Part shown: positions 27,696 to 37,937 of the stretch, piece after piece
Layout of the letters: every line of letters starts with the position of its first letter
Numbering within the stretch: the first letter of the stretch is position 1
IMG/VR virus record: IMGVR_UViG_3300043772_003377
Span: 40,514 to 104,513 of that record
Direction: 5' to 3' (one strand)
Length of the DNA: 64,000 nucleotides
DNA from: a virus
Made by a program: the position numbers and the translations under genes
The notes under the pieces: generated by a model
Database searches by the model: none
What the model was told of the DNA's origin: nothing
What the model saw: the letters and a program-made list of their open reading frames with translations, nothing else

Positions 27696-28909
27696 TTTAC
27701 CAAATCTTTATAAATTTCACTTCTTGTTTTCGTCACATTTTTAAGATGATACGTATCTTTAACCTCCTCATATAGACGATTACCCATATCTTCAATCATA
27801 TTTGGATTGGTAACTAATTTTTTAATGTATTTAGCCCAATCACTATGATTTTTTTGTTCATCAACCAATAAAGCGTTACCATCAACAAAATTACCATCTT
27901 TTAAACAATGTTTTAAATCTATCGTGTAAGGACCTATATTAGACGCAATTAATGCTTTTTTATAGAAACCCGCCTCAATAACTTTTAATTGAGATTTAAC
28001 TCTATTAAAGATATGATTTTTAATTGGTGCTAATGAAATATCAAACTTTGAGTAGTTCTTAGCGTAAGTAGTTACAGGTAATGTCCAAACTCTTCTATAT
28101 GGTAAGATATAATCCGAGGTATACTCATCATCTTTAAATTCCATTAAGAATTTTTTATAATTTTCATCAATTGTTTTATAGTTATTTGTGAAAATTTCTT
28201 CATATCTAGCCCAAACCGTTTCGTGAGGTAAAATATCTCTCCTTGTTTGTTTACCTGTCTCTTTATTAATTTCGGTTACAGAACCTCTTGTATCAAATCC
28301 ACATAAAACATATTGAATATTTTTATTGAAGTCTTCTCCGTTTTTTGAAATGAATCCGTCTAATAGTTTTAAGTCGTGAAAATGAGAAGAACCTCCTAAC
28401 CAACCAATTCTAATTTTATCAGACTTTAATGTTGGTTCTTTAAATTGTGGTTCGTCAGGATTAATTGCGTTTGGTAATATGTAAACATTTTTATTATATT
28501 TACGAATTTCATTAGCAAATAATGTTGTAGTTGTTGTAACACAACTTGCGACTTTTAAGTTTGCGATAATTTTTTCGTGAATTTTATTTTGAACAATAAT
28601 ACTATGTATTGGATGTTCCATTGTCGGTAACCAATAATCGTCCAAATCCACAATAACCACAATACCCATAGACTTTAATTTAGTAATTAACGCCGGTACT
28701 TTATCATAATCTTGTCCAATACTTCTATGGGCGTGGACTATTTGATATTTTTTCCAATAATTATCGTTTTCTATTTGGGGGTTATAATCAATATCCACGT
28801 GAAATTCATCGGGATACATATTTTGTAACATTACGTGCGGGTCAACTGATCTAAATTTTCCAACTCCCGTATAGTCAGATGCGAGTACTAAAACATTAAT
28901 TTTTGACAT
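27692..28909 (-). CDS. GT-B glycosyltransferase (GT4-like)
   Basis: DLDDYW, ILPNAI, IGWLGGSSH, DISLAPI..FNRVKSQLKVIEAG. Confidence 0.8.
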   Translation of the reverse strand: MSKINVLVLASDYTGVGKFRSVDPHVMLQNMYPDEFHVDIDYNPQIENDNYWKKYQIVHAHRSIGQDYDKVPALITKLKSMGIVVIVDLDDYWLPTMEHPIHSIIVQNKIHEKIIANLKVASCVTTTTTLFANEIRKYNKNVYILPNAINPDEPQFKEPTLKSDKIRIGWLGGSSHFHDLKLLDGFISKNGEDFNKNIQYVLCGFDTRGSVTEINKETGKQTRRDILPHETVWARYEEIFTNNYKTIDENYKKFLMEFKDDEYTSDYILPYRRVWTLPVTTYAKNYSKFDISLAPIKNHIFNRVKSQLKVIEAGFYKKALIASNIGPYTIDLKHCLKDGNFVDGNALLVDEQKNHSDWAKYIKKLVTNPNMIEDMGNRLYEEVKDTYHLKNVTKTRSEIYKDLVK

Positions 28910-28929
28910 ATTTGTTAAATCTTTAATAA

Positions 28930-28958
28930 AGTATAAAACAAATAGGTTAAAATATCAA
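28930..28958 (-). promoter_or_regulatory. Sigma70-like promoter for the GT/dUTPase operon
   Basis: TTGATA-N17-TATACT on the minus strand, 20 nt before ATG 28909. Confidence 0.6.
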
Positions 28959-28966
28959 CTTTAAAT

Positions 28967-28995
28967 AAAAAATCCCCACATTAATTGTGAGGATT
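28967..28995 (-). terminator. Rho-independent terminator
   Basis: Minus strand AATCCTCACA-attaa-TGTGGGGATT followed by a T run, downstream of the 29018 stop. Confidence 0.75.
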
Positions 28996-29017
28996 CGTAT
29001 AATAATTTTAATTTATT

Positions 29018-29599
29018 TTATTGGACTTTCTTAATCTTAGTAACCTTACCTTCAAAAATATGTTTCCCAACTCTAAATGAAAATACATCATTAGTTTTTG
29101 AGGTCGACTCTACTAATAATCCATTTTCAGATAAAACTTCCTCAACGGTTTCTCTAACTATTGATTTAATAGTTTCCGCATCAATTCCAATATTAGTTTT
29201 CTGAACAGGTTGGGATTTATTAGTTTGCTGACCAGCAGCATTTGTATTCATAAGTCTTGCCGCTTTCTCAACTAAATCATTAGAGAGTGATGGACTTGTA
29301 GAAGTATTCGGTTGATTAATTGGGTGTTCGATCATTAATCTTTTAATTTCATCGGGTAATTTCGATGACATAACTCTTTCCTCAGTTATTGGTTGGGGAC
29401 TTATAGTCTTTTTATTTTCAATTGCAAATTCATCAGGTAACGAATATTTTGCTGATGGTGCGTTAAATTCTTGTACTTCAGGTGTTGATAACTCTTCATT
29501 CATAGGTAATTCATTTCCTGATCTTGGCATTTGCTTATGTTTATCCATTATTTGTTTGGATATCATTAATTTTTTAATTAAATCGTTTTCGTTTGTCAT
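29018..29599 (-). CDS. Hypothetical protein
   Basis: 193-aa ORF containing IKSIVRETVEEVLSE. Confidence 0.7.
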   Translation of the reverse strand: MTNENDLIKKLMISKQIMDKHKQMPRSGNELPMNEELSTPEVQEFNAPSAKYSLPDEFAIENKKTISPQPITEERVMSSKLPDEIKRLMIEHPINQPNTSTSPSLSNDLVEKAARLMNTNAAGQQTNKSQPVQKTNIGIDAETIKSIVRETVEEVLSENGLLVESTSKTNDVFSFRVGKHIFEGKVTKIKKVQ

Positions 29600-30000
29600 T
29601 ATTCCGCCATTCTTGTATCGTCAAAAGACGTGTTTATTATTACTCTTGTCATTCCTTTATCACCTGTTTTATTATATCCAGGTCTAATCTCACTAAAATC
29701 TTCACCTGAAGGTTTAAAAGATAGAATTTTGTCAACTCTAAACAATCTCCACCCCGGTAAAGGTTGTTCTCCCGTATAATTAGTATGGGAAGATCCTTCA
29801 GAATCCCACGCTCTTAAAACAGGATTATCTGCTTTACTATAACCAAAACAAACGGGTTCAATTTCTCTCAAACCTCTTCCTCCTGGCTCATCTCCATCAT
29901 AGTAAATTATCACTTTTTTTCTTTTTTTAATAGCGTCAACGATAGAATCGATTGATGCTACTTCTAAAATAAGTGATTTTGCTATGTTGTAAAGTTTCAT
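29599..30000 (-). CDS. Stand-alone WYL-domain protein
   Basis: AIKKRKKVIIYY..REIEPVCFG..LRAW..WRLFRVDKI fits the WYL fold; no HTH domain. Confidence 0.75.
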   Translation of the reverse strand: MKLYNIAKSLILEVASIDSIVDAIKKRKKVIIYYDGDEPGGRGLREIEPVCFGYSKADNPVLRAWDSEGSSHTNYTGEQPLPGWRLFRVDKILSFKPSGEDFSEIRPGYNKTGDKGMTRVIINTSFDDTRMAE

Positions 30001-30290
30001 TATGTTGTTGGTTTTGTATATGGTTTTGATGGTCCGTATTCATTAATAGCTAACTCTTTTTTTCTTTCTACAATGTCTTGAACCGCACCTGCTTTATCAT
30101 TAAAAATATCCAAAAATTGACCAGTACCCTTACCATTTTCGTCCCCATCAGCTAAAGCGTCCTTATTAACCGCAGAGTATTCATTTTTTTTATTAAAATC
30201 ATTTTTTGGTAAAAGTCGAGATCTTTCCATCTCAGCAACTTCAGTAAGTTTGTTTTTTGGTTGTTCAAAATTTAATGGTTCTTGTATCAT
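30000..30290 (-). CDS. Hypothetical protein
   Basis: 96-aa coupled ORF. Confidence 0.7.
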   Translation of the reverse strand: MIQEPLNFEQPKNKLTEVAEMERSRLLPKNDFNKKNEYSAVNKDALADGDENGKGTGQFLDIFNDKAGAVQDIVERKKELAINEYGPSKPYTKPTT

Positions 30291-30294
30291 AACT

Positions 30295-30753
30295 TTAAAT
30301 TATTTTATTTATTATGTCCTTTATTCTTCTAAGACTTTCTGTAACTTGTAAATCATATTGACCCAAATTAGTTTTATGTGATTTTGACGGTCTATTTAAA
30401 TTTCTAACATCAATATTAGTGTAAGGGTCTTCAGGATCGTGAGGTCTGAACTCATCATTTGATTTTGTATCTCTTCTCATACCATCTAAAGTTTTATCAA
30501 CCCAATCTTTAACATAATGACCACCATTTAATATGTAGGGTAACTCATTTTCTTGTCCGTTAAAGTTATCAAAGAAATTTTTCATTCTTTTTAGTTGTTG
30601 ATAAGTAACTTCCCTACTATCTCTTAGTTCTTTATTTCTTTTAAACCCTTCGGTTTTATCATCAGCACCTTTCGCAGCGTCAAAACATTGTCCCAAATAA
30701 GTGACAACATCTTCAGGTAATTCAATTTTATTTCCGTATAATTTACTATTCAC
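30295..30753 (-). CDS. Hypothetical phage protein
   Basis: 152-aa ORF; LKRMKNFF..GG..W motif; C-terminal VTESLRRIKDII. Confidence 0.7.
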   Translation of the reverse strand: MNSKLYGNKIELPEDVVTYLGQCFDAAKGADDKTEGFKRNKELRDSREVTYQQLKRMKNFFDNFNGQENELPYILNGGHYVKDWVDKTLDGMRRDTKSNDEFRPHDPEDPYTNIDVRNLNRPSKSHKTNLGQYDLQVTESLRRIKDIINKII

Positions 30754-31456
30754 CAGTCTTTAAAACTTTAATTAATTGATTAATACTAATACCTTCTTTG
30801 TCGGCCAATTTTTTAATATTTTGAAGATTTTTAGTTAAAATTTTACTTACAGATGTTTCTTTTTCAATAACATCATTTTCTTTTTTAGATTTTTTCGCCA
30901 AAATATCCTCAACCATTTTAATCATTCTTTTTTTCTGCTCTTCTTCTAAACTATCTTTCTCAACAAGTCTTTGTTTTAACACTTTTTTACCTGTTTTAGT
31001 CTTTTTTACTTTTTTACCTCTTAATTTTCCAAAAGCTTGAGCTCTTTCATCTCTCTCAAAAGGGTCTTCAATACCCATCTTTTTTAGTGTTTTAATTGTA
31101 CCGTTATAATCCAAGTCTTTTGTCTCTTCATAACCGAAAGCGTCTGAAAAATCCATCTCAGAAACAACGTTTTCGTCCTTTTCTTCACTTTCACCCCAAT
31201 ACACACGATAACCTCTTGATACAGGGTCATTAGGTGTTCTTGTCCCTACAATGGTCTGATCCATAGTTTTTCTAGGGTGTAATGTTGCGTTATATAATGG
31301 TACTTTACTACCCAATAAACCTCCGTCAGAATCAACTAATTCGTCTAATTCTCCTTTTAATTTATCTAATTCATTCTTAACATCATCATCGGATATCGAA
31401 TCTTCATTAGATGGTTTAATTTTTTTTGAGTTTAAATTCTTTTTTTCCTTTTTCAT
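30746..31456 (-). CDS. Hypothetical protein
   Basis: 236-aa charged ORF; late motifs at 31474-31481 and 31500-31506. Confidence 0.7.
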   Translation of the reverse strand: MKKEKKNLNSKKIKPSNEDSISDDDVKNELDKLKGELDELVDSDGGLLGSKVPLYNATLHPRKTMDQTIVGTRTPNDPVSRGYRVYWGESEEKDENVVSEMDFSDAFGYEETKDLDYNGTIKTLKKMGIEDPFERDERAQAFGKLRGKKVKKTKTGKKVLKQRLVEKDSLEEEQKKRMIKMVEDILAKKSKKENDVIEKETSVSKILTKNLQNIKKLADKEGISINQLIKVLKTGE

Positions 31457-31537
31457 AATTGATTTATAACTATTATAAATATTCTCAGCTTTTTTAATAA
31501 TAAATACTTCACTTTAATGTATTTATCATAAAAAAAG

Positions 31538-34369
31538 ATGTCAAATCAAAATATTAATCATTGGGCTAACTCAAAATGGTTTCCTAAGTTGTCTTTGGGG
31601 TCTTACGATATGTCATTAACTACTGACGAGACTGAATTTAATCAGGAAGTAGTGTTTTCGCCATATCTAATATCTCAAACATATGGTAATAAATTACCTT
31701 TTTATTTTGATTTAAATAATTCAGGTACTACTCAAAACATTGTTTTAAATTACAAAGAATATAATGCAGATAACATAATAGTTTCTCAGAACTATTATAA
31801 TCCTAATAATGAAAACCTTAGTTGTTTTACTTCATCAACATCTTGTGATATTGGATTAACAGGTACAGATAATGGACTCGTAAATAAAATGACAGGAGAG
31901 ACCATAACATTTACAAATGGATTATTAAGCAATAGTTCAAAATTTGATAGATTACATTTTGATAGAAGATTAAAATTATTTCAAGTTACGGGTTACACTC
32001 AATCACCTAATGTTAAATTTTCAGGTATACAAAACACGACCCTATATGAGGTTGTTAGTAAAGAAGATTCATCATTTGGGAAATATCACGAATTGTATGG
32101 AGGATTTTACCAAGGATTTTATAAATTATTTGGTTATGATTATGAAATTTTTCCTGAGAGATTTAATAAGGGATGGTCAGTTGAGATGTTAATGAGGCCT
32201 AGATTATATGATGAATATAGTCCTGGTTTGGGTGAAACAACATTAAATCAAATATACCCTAATAACAAAAATATATTCTTTTATTTTGGTACTAGATCCG
32301 AAAACAAATATTACCATCATGCGGATGGAACACCAAATTGTTTTACAGGATATACCAGAGTTACATCGGATTTAACGGGGGTAACCACTTGTTCTTGTTG
32401 TAATGAAAATATTACAAATAGTAGGTGTATCTTTATATATCCCCCACGATCAGTTAATGGGGTTCACGACCCTCACGTAAATTACGGGTGTAGTAGTTGT
32501 AATGGTGATAAAAATGTTAGCGTTACCTGTGGATGTAATTGTTATAAAACAGAATGTGAAACTTGTGGTTGGGAATGTCAAACACATAAATGCGACACAA
32601 TTATAACCGCATCAACGACTACCACAACAACCACAATAATTGATGATTGTACAATCACTACCACTTGTAGTGAAATTTGTCAAACTTGCTCTGATTGTTC
32701 AGATTGTGACACTTGCGAAGAGACTTTCGATTCAATAGAGGATACTTGTGAGAAAAACCCATTATATGATGGAATGTCAAATGCGTTTGCGTTAAAACTT
32801 TGCGGAGACCCAAAAAACCCTCAAATAGGTGTTAGATTTTTAAGATTTACCGGTGATTGTGTTACGACAGGGACTTGTGAAACAGGTAACACATATAGTA
32901 CAGGATATACAATAACAGAATATTGTACACCACCAATTTACTCAAGATGTCAAAAAGAAAACCCGTCTTGGTTAGATATTGAACATTGGTTTCAGGTTAA
33001 TGTTGTTTGGGAACGATATACATTTTTAGATGAATGTGATTTAAAATATAGAGGAGGTTTATCAGACATAACCAAAAAAATATTTTTAGAATCTTTAGCG
33101 AATAACACGGCCTCGTTAATTACCACTCCTTATACTAACGGTAAAAAAACAGCGTTACAGATGGAGTTAGTTAATTTAAATGAAAAATGGTTATTAGATG
33201 GTAAATTTAGAAAAGGTAGATTAAAAATCTATGTTAACGGTAAATTACACGATACTATTGAGGATTTTGAGGAGATAATTCCAAGGGCGTTAAATACCGA
33301 CAAGGAAAGACAAATTGGAGTTCCGTTTAATATTTCTTGGGGTGGGGGAACTCAAGGACTTAGAGACCACTTAGTTTTTAGTTCATCAACTCAATTAGAA
33401 GGACCATATATACAAGACCCCGAATTATTTCCTACAAATGTATTGTCAGGAACAACTTTTAGTGGTTTAAACACTAACATACAAATAGAACAAAATTTTG
33501 CAGGAACTTTTGAGGGCGGGATTTCTCAGTTTAGAATGTACATAGAACCTTTAAGTGCTCCTGAAGTAAAACATAATTTCAAAATTTTAAAGGATCAGTT
33601 CATTATGTTTGACCCTGATTGTCCTAATTGTAATACGACATTTTGTGAGCCTAATGATTTCGAATACGATATTTTAACTACCACAACAACAAGTATGGAA
33701 TTATTCCAAGACTTGGGATTTGGATTGGGTAGGGAATTAAAAATTGATAAAAGGGATTTAAATTATTTAATTGAGAATAAAATTAATTTACCGAAAACTT
33801 TATTAACTGAAAAGTATTGGGATGCCGATGGATGGTGGGGTAATCAAAAAAATACACCTCATTGTGTCGGATTTTCTTGGGCTCATTGGATTGATGACGG
33901 ACCAATAAAACACGTGGGTCTCAAACCAAATACTGACCCTGTTTTAATTTATCGAAATGCTCAAAAATTAGATGAATGGCCGGGAGAAAATTATAATGGA
34001 ACTTCAGTTAGAGGAGGAGCTAAATACTTAAAAAGTGTTGGAAAAATAAAATCATATTTATGGACTTTCAATATAAACACTTTAATACAAACATTATTAA
34101 CTCAAGGACCTGTTGTGGTTGGAACAAATTGGTATACGGGAATGTTTTATCCGAATAAAGACGGATTAATAAAATTAAGTGGTAGAGTTGCCGGTGGACA
34201 TGCTTACGTATTAAATGGTGTTAACACTAAAAAACAACAATTTAGAATAAAAAATAGTTGGGGGAAATCTTGGGGATTATCAGGACACGCTTTTATAAGT
34301 TTTTCTGATATGCAAAGATTAATAAAAGAAAATGGTGAAATTTGTTTAGCGGTTGAGAATAATTTTTAA
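31538..34369 (+). CDS. Cys-rich structural protein fused to a papain-like (C1) cysteine peptidase
   Basis: LamG-like segments (LKIYVNG, GGISQFRMY); Cys clusters; C-terminal NQKNTPHCVGF, GGHAY and IKNSWG motifs. Confidence 0.8.
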   Translation: MSNQNINHWANSKWFPKLSLGSYDMSLTTDETEFNQEVVFSPYLISQTYGNKLPFYFDLNNSGTTQNIVLNYKEYNADNIIVSQNYYNPNNENLSCFTSSTSCDIGLTGTDNGLVNKMTGETITFTNGLLSNSSKFDRLHFDRRLKLFQVTGYTQSPNVKFSGIQNTTLYEVVSKEDSSFGKYHELYGGFYQGFYKLFGYDYEIFPERFNKGWSVEMLMRPRLYDEYSPGLGETTLNQIYPNNKNIFFYFGTRSENKYYHHADGTPNCFTGYTRVTSDLTGVTTCSCCNENITNSRCIFIYPPRSVNGVHDPHVNYGCSSCNGDKNVSVTCGCNCYKTECETCGWECQTHKCDTIITASTTTTTTTIIDDCTITTTCSEICQTCSDCSDCDTCEETFDSIEDTCEKNPLYDGMSNAFALKLCGDPKNPQIGVRFLRFTGDCVTTGTCETGNTYSTGYTITEYCTPPIYSRCQKENPSWLDIEHWFQVNVVWERYTFLDECDLKYRGGLSDITKKIFLESLANNTASLITTPYTNGKKTALQMELVNLNEKWLLDGKFRKGRLKIYVNGKLHDTIEDFEEIIPRALNTDKERQIGVPFNISWGGGTQGLRDHLVFSSSTQLEGPYIQDPELFPTNVLSGTTFSGLNTNIQIEQNFAGTFEGGISQFRMYIEPLSAPEVKHNFKILKDQFIMFDPDCPNCNTTFCEPNDFEYDILTTTTTSMELFQDLGFGLGRELKIDKRDLNYLIENKINLPKTLLTEKYWDADGWWGNQKNTPHCVGFSWAHWIDDGPIKHVGLKPNTDPVLIYRNAQKLDEWPGENYNGTSVRGGAKYLKSVGKIKSYLWTFNINTLIQTLLTQGPVVVGTNWYTGMFYPNKDGLIKLSGRVAGGHAYVLNGVNTKKQQFRIKNSWGKSWGLSGHAFISFSDMQRLIKENGEICLAVENNF

Positions 34370-34371
34370 TT

Positions 34372-35295
34372 ATGAGTAATTTTATTGAAATAAAAAGTGT
34401 TAATTATGATGGGGAGGAAGCCAATATTCTTTTCACCCCATATCAAGAATCTAACGTTATAAATTTAGGAATTGTAACTTTACCATTCATATTTGAACCT
34501 GATTTATTAGTTCCGCCAAAAAATATTTACGGAAATTATACGATATTAGTTAAAGGAAGTAATTGTCCTTATATTTTAAATGTTCCGTCGCCGCCACCCA
34601 CTCCAACACCTACTCCAACACCAAGACCAACAAGGACTCCAACTCCCACACCCACCCCAACTCCTACCCCAACCGAAACTTGTCCCACACCAACACCAAC
34701 TCCAACTCCCACACCAACACCAACTCCATTTGTGGAATCGGCATTTTTATTTATTGAACCGGTTTCAGGATCCTCAGCAATTGGTCAATGGATGTATGAT
34801 AATGGTTCCAATTTCTTTGGTTTCACCAACGCGTCTCAGCCGGCTCAAAATCAACCCCAATTTAATATTGATATGAATTTGTACGTTGATTTTGGCGCAT
34901 GGACTTGCGGTCAATTTCCAAAAATTATTAGTCAATTAGTTCCACAAACTACTGGTGGTTTAGATTCTTTTGGTAACTTAAAAGTTGCTTACAATTTTTT
35001 AACAACGGAAGTTCCTGAAAATTATGTGGGTGGAGAAGCTTGGTACACTTGGATAATACCGGTTTCGTTAACAAATAATGAAACACAAACAATGATTGAT
35101 ATAAACACGAATAATAGTCCTAATTTAATGACCGCAGTATCTACTGAAGGTGCAATAAATTCTTACACATTTACTTATTCGGGAACAACAATACCTAAAA
35201 CAACTTATAAAGTTTATACAACTTTCCCTAATACAATTTTCCAAATAAACAATAGTCAGAATATTTATTTCAAAGGTAATACTATATCACCTTAA
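34372..35295 (+). CDS. Structural protein with Pro-Thr linker
   Basis: About 48-aa (PT)n tract between two beta-rich domains. Confidence 0.7.
   Translation: MSNFIEIKSVNYDGEEANILFTPYQESNVINLGIVTLPFIFEPDLLVPPKNIYGNYTILVKGSNCPYILNVPSPPPTPTPTPTPRPTRTPTPTPTPTPTPTETCPTPTPTPTPTPTPTPFVESAFLFIEPVSGSSAIGQWMYDNGSNFFGFTNASQPAQNQPQFNIDMNLYVDFGAWTCGQFPKIISQLVPQTTGGLDSFGNLKVAYNFLTTEVPENYVGGEAWYTWIIPVSLTNNETQTMIDINTNNSPNLMTAVSTEGAINSYTFTYSGTTIPKTTYKVYTTFPNTIFQINNSQNIYFKGNTISP
34584..34728 (+). repeat. (Pro-Thr)n coding low-complexity repeat
   Basis: CCN-ACN hexamer repeats. Confidence 0.9.
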
Positions 35296-35306
35296 TCTAC
35301 CTTAAA

Positions 35307-36293
35307 ATGAGTTTTAATTATAAAAATCCGTTAACCCCCCTAACTGCTTTAGGTAACATAAGTACCAAAAGAGATGACGTATTTGGTACACACTTTAGTA
35401 TTTTATCTACGGGTGGTTATATGGAGGTGTTTAGTCTCGATGATTTAATATATAGTATACCACCATCTACAACAGGTTTAATAAAATTTTCAGGGAATAC
35501 GATACCAATACAATTTAACAAAGGTAGTGGTTCTGTATTTTCACCAGATGTTTTAACTCTTAATTCAGATAATTTTTCTTCAGGTAGAAGAAGAATTGGT
35601 ATGTTGGTTTATGTTAAGGAAGTTGACCAAGTTTACCAATATCAAATACCAAATTTTGATTCGTTATGGTCTTCAGTTACGGGAGCGACAGGACCTGGAG
35701 GGAACACAACAATATTTTCAAATTTTGGAACAACAATCAAAAATAACTCGGTTCAAGGTCAAAATTTTATTAATTCTTGGACAGGTTCAACAATTGAAGG
35801 TATTAGTGGTAATACGAGAAGTAATTCTAATTGGATTAAATATTATGGGACAACGTTAGCGATAACAGGTGGGACATATGATTCGACAACCAACACTCTC
35901 GATTTAGTTAACATAACGGGGGGTTCGATTTCTATATCTGGATTCAGTTCTTTTACTGGTGGTTCGGGTAATTGTGTTACAGAATTGTTTGTAGATGAAA
36001 TAAGTTCTTGTTTAACCGCGATAACAATCAATAACGAATTAATTGTATTAAGTGGTATAACATTAACTGGTAATATAATTCCGTCTTCAGATGGTCAATC
36101 TGATATTGGAAGTCCTATAAAAAGGTTTAGAGATATAAACACAATTAGTGGAACATCGACCATATGGTCGGCAACGACAAAAATTTATACACCCGAAGTT
36201 GACTTAGGTTTAGATAGTTTGGGTAATAGTAGAATAATAACACCAGATAGTTCCGTATTGAATAACGATATTTTATCGGGAGGAACATTTTAA
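35307..36293 (+). CDS. Tail fibre-associated protein
   Basis: RRRIGMLVYV motif; fibre motif DIGSPIKRFRDI; ends ILSGGTF. Confidence 0.65.
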   Translation: MSFNYKNPLTPLTALGNISTKRDDVFGTHFSILSTGGYMEVFSLDDLIYSIPPSTTGLIKFSGNTIPIQFNKGSGSVFSPDVLTLNSDNFSSGRRRIGMLVYVKEVDQVYQYQIPNFDSLWSSVTGATGPGGNTTIFSNFGTTIKNNSVQGQNFINSWTGSTIEGISGNTRSNSNWIKYYGTTLAITGGTYDSTTNTLDLVNITGGSISISGFSSFTGGSGNCVTELFVDEISSCLTAITINNELIVLSGITLTGNIIPSSDGQSDIGSPIKRFRDINTISGTSTIWSATTKIYTPEVDLGLDSLGNSRIITPDSSVLNNDILSGGTF

Positions 36294-36325
36294 AAGTAAA
36301 GATATTTATATAAAAAAACAAAAAA

Positions 36326-37825
36326 ATGGCAAATAGAAGTACAACGTTTTTATTAAAAAACTCAACAACATCAGGAGCGACATTACCCTCAGTATTAAAA
36401 GGTGAACCATTGGTTAACCTATATAATGGTATTATGTATTTTTCGGGTGTTACGGGTGGTGACTTTACTACGGGTAATACGAATACAAGTTATTTTGAGG
36501 TTGGTTCTCATTTAACAAACTTAAAACTGGATGGGCGTATACAAAAATACGATAATACTACGGCTTTAAGTGGTAAGTTCTTGTCGGGTACATCTCAAGG
36601 ATTTGTTTTGGCGGATATTACCCAAATTGGGGGTATTTCAGATTTTGATTATTATCCTTTAACCAATACTTTTGTAATAACCGCGTCAGACTCATCAACG
36701 TATTCGGCAACCGTTACTTCAGTTTCAGGTTTAACCGTAAATGGTGATTTGTCGGTAACTGGAAATACAAATACAAACAATATTTACGTAACGACTTCAG
36801 CGATTACAAATAATCTATCAATTACAGGAACAGGTTATTATAGTCAAACCGCAACGGGTGCGAGCTCAAACGAACTCGTTAATTACGGTACTTTAACAGG
36901 ATTTTCACAAACGAATGATGTTTATGTTACAGGTTCTACTTTAACTCCGGCGGATAATAATACTAACACACAATCATCTCAATTATTATATCACGGAACT
37001 CCTATCGGTGGACCATATACAATAGATACTGAAAACACTTATACCACAGGAGGTACTTATTCGGCGGGAACTATAACGTTCACAAAAAACGACTCAACAA
37101 CCTATCAAGTAACAGGAATTGATGGTACTGATACATATGTGACAGGATTTACGTATAATCCGTCAAACAATACTTTAACTATTTCCAGAAATGAAGGTGA
37201 ACCTGATTTAACCGCGTATATAGATTCTGTATCGGGTTTAACAATAAATGGTAATTTAAATGTAACAGGAACAACAACTACAGGAACTATTAGTGCGACA
37301 ACTTATGACACTAACTTAACACCTGGTACCGTTGTATATGTTAATGGGTCAGGTGAATTGACGAGTGAAAATGAGTTTAGTTATAATGATGGTACAAAAA
37401 CTCTAACCGTTGATAATATTTTAGCGAATCAGAATGTTATAATTAATGGTGATTTAACGGTATTTGGTGCTGCGATATCCGCGTTCACGACAAACCTATA
37501 TGTTGAAGATAAAAATATTACTCTAAACTATAATCCAACAGGTAGTACGTCAGCAACTTCAGTAAATGCGGGATTCACAATACAAGACGGAAATGGAACT
37601 GGTGGTGGTGATGTTAATTTTGATATTATTAGATTACAAAATCTATCCGGAGTTACGGTTGGTGAATATACTTCCGACACAGGTTATACTAATAGAGGCT
37701 GGATTACCCAATTAAATGACATTGTAATTAGAAGTACAGATGTTGTTGATGAGGGAGGTGCTAACTCAGTAACAGGTGTTAGAGTCTTATGTGAACGGGA
37801 TATTTTAGATGGAGGTTCTTATTGA
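36326..37825 (+). CDS. Tail fibre protein
   Basis: Mtd_N-like start (FLLKNS..GEPLVN..G); LTVNGDLSVTG repeats; VEDKNITLN; ends ILDGGSY. Confidence 0.7.
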   Translation: MANRSTTFLLKNSTTSGATLPSVLKGEPLVNLYNGIMYFSGVTGGDFTTGNTNTSYFEVGSHLTNLKLDGRIQKYDNTTALSGKFLSGTSQGFVLADITQIGGISDFDYYPLTNTFVITASDSSTYSATVTSVSGLTVNGDLSVTGNTNTNNIYVTTSAITNNLSITGTGYYSQTATGASSNELVNYGTLTGFSQTNDVYVTGSTLTPADNNTNTQSSQLLYHGTPIGGPYTIDTENTYTTGGTYSAGTITFTKNDSTTYQVTGIDGTDTYVTGFTYNPSNNTLTISRNEGEPDLTAYIDSVSGLTINGNLNVTGTTTTGTISATTYDTNLTPGTVVYVNGSGELTSENEFSYNDGTKTLTVDNILANQNVIINGDLTVFGAAISAFTTNLYVEDKNITLNYNPTGSTSATSVNAGFTIQDGNGTGGGDVNFDIIRLQNLSGVTVGEYTSDTGYTNRGWITQLNDIVIRSTDVVDEGGANSVTGVRVLCERDILDGGSY

Positions 37826-37850
37826 GTTTAATATCTCAAAATAATAAATT

Positions 37851-37878
37851 AAAAGGAAGGTTTTACCTTCCTTTTTTT
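37851..37878 (+). terminator. Rho-independent terminator
   Basis: AAAAGGAAGGT-ttt-ACCTTCCTTTTTTT. Confidence 0.8.
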
Positions 37879-37937
37879 GTTTATATTATATTTATAAATT
37901 GAGGTTATATAATCTTATAAATTTATAGGTCATATAT

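Noticed and set aside
34563-34876. Alternative-frame His/Gln/Asn-rich ORFs over the PT tract, and similar ORFs over the Gly-rich genes at 44432-46142
   Set aside because: Frame-shifted or antisense readings of low-complexity codons
37901-37930. Palindromes AGGTTATATAATCT and TATAAATTTATA upstream of fibre gene 37938
   Set aside because: Almost entirely AT and plausible by chance at this base composition
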